64,000 nucleotides of DNA from Macrostomum hystrix. Its lineage: Eukaryota > Animalia > Platyhelminthes. The notes beneath the pieces are model-generated. The model saw only the letters and a program-made list of their open reading frames with translations, was not told where the DNA came from and ran no database searches. This document shows, piece by piece, positions 1-10,500 of the stretch (its first letter is position 1; each line of letters begins with the position of its first letter). A program made the translations under genes and the position numbers. The stretch spans positions 1,612,001-1,676,000 of the forward strand of contig CATNEN010000041.1 in the NCBI GenBank assembly GCA_950097015.1. The letters run 5' to 3'.

Positions 1-29
1 ACGAGGCCGACAGGCAGCATCCGACGGAT

Positions 30-60
<31 letters not shown>

Positions 61-2908
61 CGCCGCAGCACCGCATGGAGAAGCCGCGCGACCTTCCGCT
101 GGCCAGCCGGGCCCAGCCGCAGCCGCCGCAGCAGCCGTCGGGCAGTCGGGCGGCTCAGTCCGGGCGCCGAATGCTGGACTCGCGGATGAAGAGCATCTCG
201 GTGGACAATCCGGACCAGGTGTCCGACCAGGTGCAGATGCTGCGGCTGGATGATGAGGCCAGGAAGAAAAGCTCGTCCTTTACAAACACAAACTTCATCG
301 AGAGCCAGGGTGAGGCCAGTCTTAGCTCACAAAAAAGAAGCTTCCACTGCAGCAGCATTGGCTTTGCAAGTCTGATTTGTACTTTTGCGCTTCTTCCCAG
401 TCCCGCCCAGTCCGAAGCGCAAGAAGCAGCTGTTCGGCCGCAACAAGAGCTTCTCTGTCGAGCAGGAGAACTCCGGCATCAGGCGCGTCGAGTTCAGCGA
501 GGAGAGCGTTGGCAGGCGCGGCCTGTCGCCGAGGCACTCGCCCCGCCACTCGCCTAGAGGTTCGCCGGGACGCGGCTCACCCGGCCGAGGCTCGCCGAAT
601 TCGCCGAAATCGACTGCAACAGCTTCGCCGCCGCACACCTCGCCGCGAAGATCTCCGGGCTACGCGTCGGCGGCTTCGTCGTCCGGCGTGGGGCTGCCAG
701 CGCCGGAGAAGAGCCCGCAGCGCAGCAGTCCTGGTCGGGATAAAGGTTTGTTTGGTTTTTACTTTCAACGATCTCAGCTCCGAGGATTGCTATAGTCGAG
801 CCAAACCCGCCCTCGTGTCCCGCCCAGACATGTCGAAGCAGATCGGCAAGCGGCGGCTGCAGTGGAAGATGAAGAGCTTCTCCTTGGACACCCCGGACCC
901 GAAGCATAACCTGGAAGTTGACGAATTCGAAGTCGCCGCTGCTGCTGCCACTGCGGCTGCCGCTGCACCGCCTTCTGGGTCCGGGATGGCCGCTGCGCAC
1001 CGCGGAGCCGTGGGCGGCGGAGGCTACGCTCCAGGCTCCGGCGCAGTCTACGGCGACAGAGGCTACAGAGCTGGAGATCGAGGCGAGGGATCGAAGGATC
1101 GCGGCTCGGCTGCCAGGATGAATTTCCAGCACGGACACGGTCGAGGTAATTTGCTAACGTTCGATTTTGTACATCCCAAACCCCAGACCGCAAACCGATT
1201 TCTGGGCATCTGAATAGCAATTCTAAAAGGTTCTGACTACAACGAAACATCACCCAGCAAGCGCCATTCCTTTTCGATCCATCTATTTCATTGCCTCATT
1301 AATCTGCCGCCACCCTCTAGTCTTTTTTATGTGCCGCCACCCTCCACCCTCTAGTCTCTTTGATGAGCCGCCACCCACTAGTCTCTTTGATGAGCCGCCA
1401 CCACTAGTCTCTTTGATGAGCCGCCACCACTAGTCTCTTTGATGAGCCGCCAACCACTAGTCTCTTTGATGTGCCGCCACCCTCTAGTCTCTTTAATGTG
1501 CCGTCACCCTCCACCCTCTAGTCTCTTTGCTGAGCCGCCACCCACTAGTCTCTTTGATGAGCCGCCACCCACTAGTCCCTTTGATAAGCCGCCACCCACT
1601 AGTCCCTTTGATAAGCCGCCACCCACTAGTCCATTTGATAAGCCGCCACCCACTAGTCCCTTTGATAAGCCGCCACCCACTAGTCCCTTTGATAAGCCGC
1701 CACCCACTAGTCTCTTTGATAAGCCGCCACCCTCTAGTCTCTTTGATAAGCCGCCACCCACTAGTCTCTTTGTTGGGCCACCACCCTCCAAGGTCTCTTT
1801 GATGTGCTACGCTAGGAAAGGTGTGCCCACAGTAAAGTAGCAATGCTTAATTCCACCGTTAATTTTCAACAGAGGAGGACGACCTGAGCCGGTACGGAGC
1901 CTCGGGCTACACTGACCAAAAGTTTGAACAGCCGACCCAGGTGCATTCTTATCTGGGCCAGATGCAGCCGCAGAGAAGTCGTAAAATGGTGAGTAGCTCG
2001 GTAAACAGGAGAGTACTATGTTAGTACTGACAAATTTAGTCACCACATGTACAAACTGATGCCGTTGTCAAATTGCAGCTGCGTGAAAGCCGCCTTTCTG
2101 GCAATCTCTACGTGGTCCTGTACGACTTCAAGGCTCGACACCGTGACGAGATGGACCTGAAGTGAGATTCCTTTTCTGCTTCCCAATTGTTTGGAGAGAC
2201 CCTTACGTACCCTTATTCTTACTAATTGAGCTCGCAAACTTGTATTGATTTAGATCTAATATCATTCACTTACGCTCGTAGATTGTTCTCGTTAGCTGAT
2301 TGGCCAGTTTAAAAATACGCACAAATTGCTTGATGTGCGCTGATTGGCTAGCTAGTGACACACGCACTAATTCATGCTGTTCGCTGATTGGCTAGCTCGT
2401 GACACACGCACTAATTTCATGCTGTTCGCTGATTGGCTAGCTTGTGACACACGCACTAATTTCATGCTGTTCGCTGATTGGCTAGCTTGTGACACACGCA
2501 CAAATTTCATGCTGTTCGCTGATTGGCTAGCTCGTGAAACACGCACTAATTTCATGCTCTTCGCTGATTGGCTAGCAAGTCGCCTTCTTCTCTCTACCCT
2601 CCAGGGCTGGCTTCAAGCTCAGCTGCATCGAGATGACGGACCAGGACTGGTGGCGCGGCAAGTGCATGGGCCGCATCGGTTTGTTCCCGGCCGCCTACGT
2701 GCAGAAGATCCGCGACGGCGACATCATCTGGCGCGTCTTGAGCCCGCTGACTACCAGCACCGCCTGCGGCAGCACTGTGAAGCTGTACAGGGGCCAGATT
2801 GTGGTGCAGCAGGCGCAGAGGAAGTCGCCTCACTATGTGCCCATCACGCTGAAGGACGGCCGCGAGCTGGACTGTCCTTTGCAAATTCTCGAGCGCCTCT
2901 TGGACTAG
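1..2908 (+). CDS. STAC: 3' part of STAC-like SH3 adaptor protein (5' end outside window); exons <1-309, 401-745, 828-1145, 1873-1988, 2079-2161, 2605-2908
   Basis: The spliced C-terminus reads NLYVVLYDFKARHRDEMDLK|AGFKLSCIEMTDQDWWRGKCMGRIGLFPAAYVQKI, an SH3 domain closely resembling invertebrate STAC. It is followed by a degenerate second SH3-like segment ending at TAG 2906-2908. GT-AG junctions keep frame. No C1 domain is visible in the window, so the symbol is tentative. Confidence 0.72.
1304..1790. repeat. 27-bp minisatellite (GAGCCGCCACCCACTAGTCYCTTTGAT), about 17 copies, in STAC-like intron 1146-1872
   Basis: Direct tandem periodicity; explains the PPPTSPFDK-type ORFs. Confidence 0.95.
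2336..2577. repeat. 45-bp minisatellite, about 5 copies, in STAC-like intron 2162-2604
   Basis: Unit GCTGATTGGCTAGCTCGTGACACACGCACTAATTTCATGCTGTTC repeated in tandem. Confidence 0.95.
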
Positions 2909-3374
2909 CCCCGACCGGGACTCACCTTCGGAATGTTCAACTCCAGCCCCTTAAATTTTCAAACAAATTAATTTTAATATTTAGTGATATTTGCTTGCAT
3001 CCCAAACTACTGTATGGATCACCCACACAGCTCGCCAGCCCTCAGCCTCTTGCCTGCCTGCCTGCCATCTGCCCAGTGCATTCCAGTAGCCCCTCTGCCG
3101 ACTCAGTAGTTTAGGCCGCACATTTCTGTAAAATTTGCCAGCAGTTCAAAGTCATTCTGCCCTCACCCAATGAGGTTACAAGCCATAAGCCGAATTGTCA
3201 CACTTAGATGGTTATTTTACTTTTTATTTCCTTACAGAAAATTCACAACATATTTTGAGCAGAGTGTGAGTAGGTGACACATTTTTGATCCGAGAGTTTG
3301 CCACAAAAATGTCATATTTTGTTATTTTTTTAAAATTGATGCAAAAAACTACTTGAAAATCTAATTTCTCGCGA

Positions 3375-4257
3375 GCACTGGGAAACTGTGAGCAGACCAG
3401 TATAATGAAGCATTGGGAAACTGTGAGCAGACCAGTATAATGAAGCATTGGGAAACTGTGAGCAGACCAGTATAATGAAGCATTGGGAAACTGTGAGCAG
3501 ACCAGTATAATGAAGCATTGGGAAACTGTGAGCAGACCAGTATAATGAAGCATTGGGAAACTGTGAGCAGACCAGTATAATGAAGCACTGGGAAACTGTG
3601 AGCAGACCAGTATAATGAAGCATTGGGAAACTGTGAGCAGACCAGTATAATGAAGCATTGGGAAACTGTGAGCAGACCAGTATAATGAAGCATTGGGAAA
3701 CTGTGAGCAGACCAGTATAATGAAGCACTGGGAAACTGTGAGCAGACCAGTATAATGAAGCACTGGGAAACTGTGAGCAGACCAGTATAATGAAGCATTG
3801 GGATACTGTGAGCAGACCAGTATAATGAAGCATTGGGATACTGTGAGCAGACCAGTATAATGAAGCATTGGGAAACTGTGAGCAGACCAGTATAATGAAG
3901 CATTGGGAAACTGTGAGCAGACCAGTATAATGAAGCACTGGGAAACTGTGAGCAGACCAGTATAATGAAGCATTGGGAAACTGTGAGCAGACCAGTATAA
4001 TGAAGCATTGGGAAACTGTGAGCAGACCAGTATAATGAAGCACTGGGAAACTGTGAGCAGACCAGTATAATGAAGCACTGGGAAACTGTGAGCAGACCAG
4101 TATAATGAAGCACTGGGAAACTGTGAGCAGACCAGTATAATGAAGCACTGGGAAACTGTGAGCAGACCAGTATAATGAAGCACTGGGAAACTGTGAGCAG
4201 ACCAGTATAATGAAGCATTGGGAAACTGTGAGCAGACCAGTATAATGAAGCATTGGG
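3375..4257. repeat. 35-bp minisatellite, about 25 near-identical copies, between the convergent STAC-like and SLC6-like genes
   Basis: Unit GCA(T/C)TGGGAAACTGTGAGCAGACCAGTATAATGAA. Confidence 0.97.
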
Positions 4258-4554
4258 CAGTGCGTGTTCATTCTCATTTTCTTTGCGATCAGAAATAACT
4301 AACAATGGTGTGCTGTAATCAATGAACTGTGATTGCAAAGGACGAATGTGAAATTTGTGGGAAGTAGGGCTTATCAATAAAGAACTGAGCTATCCGATAT
4401 CATGAGGATTGACACCTCAAATCCCAAAGATTACTTTCCAAATTTTTGAATAATAAACCCCGCTTCCCATACAAGTTCCAAATCCTGAGGATTGGCAGTA
4501 TGAGTAATATTTCGGTGCCTGTCAAAGTCGGATTATCTATATGCATCTCCCAGC

Positions 4555-7500
4555 TCAGGTTTGCCGCTTTCTGAGCAGCTGCAGGTCAGCTGAAATTTCA
4601 CCCCAGCCGTCCTCATCGGGACTCTCGGACTGCTTGGCCTTCTTTAATTTATTGTGCACCGGACGTAGCAGGCCGTGCCGCAGCGCCATTACAGCCACTG
4701 GCAGCAGGGTGGCAGCGCGCAGCAGCTCGAGCACCCACCACGGGTACAGCGACCCCTGCAGCTGGTTCTTGCTGAGGTTGAAAAGCGGCCCAACCGTGGT
4801 CTTGTTCATGCTGGTGCCCACCCGGCCAAGGGCGAAGGTCACGGACTCGTAGGCCAGCACCGCGCAGCTCAGCAGCAGCAGCAGCGGGGTGTAGAAGAAC
4901 CAACAGAGCTGCCACCAGAAAGTCAGGCCGTTGAACTGCTCGCTCACTGCGGGTGGAATTTGGAATGCTAGAGGACAACTGATTGGCTGACTGACTGACT
5001 GTGATTGGCTGACTGACTGACTGATTGGCTGACTGACTGACTGTGATTGGCTGACTGACTGACTGTGATTGGCTGACTGACTGACTGTGATTGAATGATT
5101 GTAAGCTGGTTTAATTAATTGGTTAATCGATCAATGAATCCACATATTGATTGGCTGACTTATTTAATTTTCGATTGAGTTTTGAAAGCGTTTATTGTTT
5201 CATTCATTAACTTATTTTTTGTTAGCATATTTTTTGTTCGCCGATTGGTTGTTTACCTGATCTTTTGATTTATTGATACATTTTGTTAATAGATAGATAA
5301 ATCCATTCACCCTCAGGTCCATTGATTGATTGGTTGATTAATTGATAAATTGATTGGTTTGTTGATTGTTTGATGGATTGTTAGATTAATCAATTGATAG
5401 ATAATTTGGTTGATTAATTGATTGTTTGATTGATTGATCGAATTCAACTCCGACTCACAGCCCAGGTGTCGGAACAGGATGAGAACTCCAGTCGGGCCCA
5501 GGTAGCTGAGCAGCGCGCCCAGCAGCACGGTGAGCAGAATCAGGCAGTTCCAGCTGAAGGAGGCGTACAGGAAGTTGTAGACGGCGGACCCTCCGAACTC
5601 ATAGCAGAGCGGCATGCACAAGCCGAAGAGAACGCAGAACAGCAGGATGTACAGCATTCCGCTCCAGGCTCTGAGCCGAGGCCAGACGTCGCTCAGAGAC
5701 TCAACGCAGCAGCAGAGGAAGGCGACGATGTCGCAGACCTCACCGACCGCGAAACACAGCAGCGGGCTCACGCTGAGCGAGTAGCTCAAGGAAGAAAGCA
5801 TATAGGGCTGCAGCTCCATGAGGATGTTGGTGAATCCGTGGGCTTCCATGCGCAGATCGGTTCCACGCGATCGGTTGACGAACTCAAAAATGATCTCCTG
5901 GACCATGACGTGCAGCGTGTTGGCAAGGCAGTGAACTGCGAGACTCAGCATAGTGGGCCTGATGAAGTCCTGCCCGAACTGGTTCATCTTGGTCATGCCG
6001 ATGATCTCGCCTGAGGCGCAGCCAGTGTTCCTGGGTGTGAAGTATTGGGTGTCAGAACACTACAGCCAGTGTTCCTGGGTGTGAAGTATTGGGTGTCAGA
6101 ACACTACAGCCAGTGTTCCTGGGTGTGAAGTATTGGGTGTCAGAACACTACAGCCAGTGTTCCTAGGTGTGAAGTATTGGGTGTCAGAGGACTGCAGCCA
6201 GTGTTCCTGGGTGTGAAGTATTGGGTGTCAGAGGACTGCAGCCAGTGTTCCTGGGTGTGAAGTATTGGGTGTCAGAGGACTGCAGCCAGTGTTCCTGGGT
6301 GTGAAGTATTGGGTGTCAGAACACTACAGCCAGTGTTCCTGGGTGTGAAGTATTGGGTGTCAGAACACTACAGCCAGTGTTCCTGGGTGTGAAGTATTGG
6401 GTGTCAGAGGACTGCAGCCAGTGTTCCTGGGTGTGAAGTATTGGGTGTCAGAGGACTGCAGCCAGTGTTCCTGGGTGTGAAGTATTGGGTGTCAGAGGAC
6501 TGCAGCCAGTGTTCCTGGGTGTGAAGTATTGGGTGTCAGAACACTACAGCCAGTGTTCCTGGGTGTGAAGTATTGGGTGTCAGAACACTACAGCCAGTGT
6601 TCCTGGGTGTGAAGTATTGGGTGTCAGAACACTACAGCCAGTGTTCCTGGGTGTGAAGTATTGGGTGTCAGAGGACTACAGCCAGTGTTCCTGGGTGTGA
6701 AGTATTGGGTGTCAGAACACTACAGCCAGTGTTCCTAGGTGTGAAGTATTGGGTGTCAGAGGACTGCAGCCATTGTTTCTAGGTGTGAACTATTGGGTGT
6801 CAGAACACTACAGCCAGTGTTCCTGGGTGTGAAGTATTGGGTGTCAGAGGACTACAGCCAGTGTTCCTGGGTGTGAAGTATTGGGTGTCAGAGGACTGCA
6901 GCCAGTGTTCCTGGGTGTGAAGTATTGGGTGTCAGAGGACTACAGCCAGTGTTCCTAGGTGTGAAGTATTGGGTGTCAGAGGACTGCAGCCAGTGTTCCT
7001 GGGTGTGAAGTATTGGGTGTCAGAGGACTACAGCCAGTGTTCCTGGGTGTGAAGTATTGGGTGTCAGAGGACTGCAGCCAGTGTTCCTGGGTGTGAAGTA
7101 TTGGGTGTCAGAGGACTACAGCCAGTGTTCCTAGGTGTGAAGTATTGGGTGTCAGAGGACTACAGCCAGTGTTCCTGGGTGTGAAGTATTGGGTGTCAGA
7201 GGACTGCAGCCAGTGTTCCTGGGTGTGAAGTATTGGGTGTCAGAGGACTACAGCCAGTGTTCCTAGGTGTGAAGTATTGGGTGTCAGAACACTACAGCCA
7301 GTGTTCCTGGGTGTGAAGTATTGGGTGTCAGAGGACTACAGCCAGTGTTCCTGGGTGTGAAGTATTGGGTGTCAGAGGACTGCAGCCAGTGTTCCTGGGT
7401 GTGAAGTATTGGGTGTCAGAGGACTACAGCCAGTGTTCCTAGGTGTGAAGTATTGGGTGTCAGAGGACTACAGCCAGTGTTCCTGGGTGTGAAGTATTGG

Positions 7501-10500
7501 GTGTCAGAGGACTGCAGCCAGTGTTTCTAGGTGTGAAGTATTGGGTGTCAGAACACTACAGCCAGTGTTCCTAGGTGTGAAGTATTGGGTGTCAGAGGAC
7601 TGCAGCCAGTGTTTCTAGGTGTGAAGTATTGGGTGTCAGAGGACTACAGCCAGTGTTCCTGGGTGTGAAGTATTGGGTGTCAGAACACTACAGCCAGTGT
7701 TCCTAGGTGTGAAGTATTGGGTGTCAGAGGACTGCAGCCATTGTTTCTAGGTGTGAACTATTGGGTGTCAGAACACTACAGCCAGTGTTCCTGGGTGTGA
7801 AGTATTGGGTGTCAGAACACTACAGCCAGTGTTCCTAGGTGTGAAGTATTGGGTGTCAGAGGACTGCAGCCATTGTTTCTAGGTGTGAACTATTGGGTGT
7901 CAGAACACTACAGCCAGTGTTCCTGGGTGTGAACTATTGGGTGTCAGAACACTACAGCCAGTGTTCCTGGGTGTGAAGTATTGGGTGTCAGAGGACTGCA
8001 GCCAGTGTTCCTAGGTGTGAAGTATTGAAAAGTCAGAGGGCATCAGAAGTCTCTCAGAGCAGGGCATTGCTAGAAGAAGGTTGCGCACCAGAGAACCAGC
8101 AGTACGGCGTCCACCCAGATCACGAGGTTGTTGGTCAAGTGCAGATTCACGGGACTCCTGAAGAACTGTTTCAGGCCGGCAAAAATGCTGGGGCCGTCGC
8201 TCAGCAGGCAGAGGCTGACGATGTTGATGATCACCAGGCTGGTGGAGCTGAACAAGCTCAGGCAGTACATCGCAGTCCTCAGCGTTGCGTCATCCACCAT
8301 GAGCATGAGTAGCAGGCAGCAGTACGCCAAGGTGAATACGAAAGACAGCAGGGTCCAGTGCACCTTATTGATTGCCCCTGAGTCAGCACGGAACCCCCGC
8401 CTCATCCTCCCGTTCAGGAGGTCCGTGGTTGGCAGCTTCAGCCCGCTATCCAGCGAAGCTTTGTTGGCAGCGAAGCTATCCTTGGCGTTGCTTCTATCGA
8501 TGACGCCAACCTTTTTCCAGAGGTAATGATTTTGTAGCGTCGCCTTACCTGCATAGAGCACCCGTTTATAATTCAGCTCGCCGCAGATGCCCCAGTCTGG
8601 ACTGACAAGCCGGAGGTCCCTATCATAGCAGCCATCGAATTTCATGAATTTAATTTCATTACAGAAGCCTGACTGCAGGGGCGAGGAGCAGCGCGTCACG
8701 TTTCCCGCCCCGCCGCTGTAGAACCCGAAGCTCTCCAGCAGCACGATGGCCACGAATACACCCTCGCTTGCCACAACCATGTTCGGGACAGTCCTGAGAG
8801 CCGACATCAGCATGATGGCCACCCCGATGCCTGCGGTGTAGATTGAGCAATTAAGTGCATGGCTCACCTGCTTGCCACATCATCTCCTCCCTCACCTGTC
8901 TGCTCCTCCCTCACCTGTCTGCTCCTCCCTCACCTGTCTGCTCCTCCCTCACCTGTCTGCTCCTCCCTCACCTGTCTGCTCCTCCCTCACCTGTCTGCTC
9001 CTCCCTCACCTGTCTGCTCCTCCCTCACCTGTCTGCTCCTCCCTCACTTGTCTCCTCCTCCCTCACCTGTCTGCTCCTCCCTCACCTGTCTGCTCCTCCC
9101 TACCTGTCTGCTCCTCCCTCACTTGTCTCCTCCTCCCTCACCTGTCTGCTCCTCCTCACCTGTCTGCTCCTCCCTCACCTGTCTGCTCCTCCCTCACCTG
9201 TCTGCTCCTCCCTCACCTGTCTGCTCCTCCCTCACCTGTCTGCTCCTCCCTCACCTGTCTGCTCCTCCCTCACCTGTCTGCTCCTCCCTCACCTGTCTGC
9301 TCCTCCCTCATTGTCTCCTCCTCCCTCACCTTGTCTGCTCCTCCCTCACCTGTCTGCTCCTCCCTCACCTGTCTGCTCCTCCTCCCTCACCTGTCTGCTC
9401 CTCCCTCACCTGTCTGCTCCTCCCTCACCTGTCTGCTCCTCCCTCACTTGTCTCCTCCTCCCTCACCTGTCTGCTCCTCCCTCACCTGTCTGCTCCTCCC
9501 TCACCTGTCTGCTCCTCCCTCACCTGTCTGCTCCTCCCTCACCTGTCTGCTCTTCCCTCACTTGTCTCCTCCTCCCTCACCTGTCTGCTCCTCCCTCACC
9601 TGTCTGCTCCTCCCTCACCTGTCTGCTCCTCCCTCACTTGTCTCCTCCTCCCTCACCTGTCTGCTCCTCCCTCACCTGTCTGCTCCTCCCTCACTTGTCT
9701 CCTCCTCCCTCACCTGTCTGCTCCTCCCTCACCTGTCTGCTCCTCCCTCACCTGTCTGCTCCTCCCTCACCTGTCTGCTCCTCCCTCACTTGTCTCCTCC
9801 TCCCTCACCTGTCTGCTCCTCCCTCACCTGTCTGCTCCTCCCTCACTTGTCTCCTCCTCCCTCACCTGTCTGCTCCTCCCTCACCTGTCTGCTCCTCCCT
9901 CATCCTGTCTGCTCCTCCCTCACCTGTCTGCTCCTCCCTCACCTGTCTGCTCCTCCCTCACCTGTCTGCTCCTCCCTCACCTGTCTGCTCCTCCCTCACC
10001 TGTCTGCTCCTCCCTCACCTGTCTGCTCCTCCCTCACCTTGTCTCCTCCTCCCTCACTTGTCTGCCTCCTCCCTCACCTGTCTGCTCCTCCCTCACCTGT
10101 CTGCTCCTCCCTCACCTGTCTGCTCCTCCCTCACTTGTCTCCTCCTCCCTCACCTGTCTGCTCCTCCCTCACCTGTCTGCTCCTCTCTCACTTGTCTCCT
10201 CCTCCCTCACCTGTCTGCTCCTCCCTCACCTGTCTGCTCCTCCCTCACCTGTCTGCTCCTCCCTCACCTGTCTGCTCCTCCTCACTTGTCTCCTCCTCCC
10301 TCACCTGTCTCCTCCTCCCTCACCTGTCTGCTCCTCCCTCACCTGTCTGCTCCTCCCTCACCTGTCTGGCTCCTCCCTCACCTGTCTGCTCCTCCCTCAC
10401 CTGTCTGCTCCTCCCTCACCTGTCTGCTCCTCCCTCACCTTGTCTCCTCCTCCCTCACCTGTCTGCTCCTCCCTCACCTGTCTGCTCCTCCCTCACCTGT

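Noticed and set aside
3224-4377. 315-338-aa Cys/Trp-rich ORFs in three minus frames
   Set aside because: Artefact of the 35-bp repeat (unit not a multiple of 3; identical peptide in all frames).
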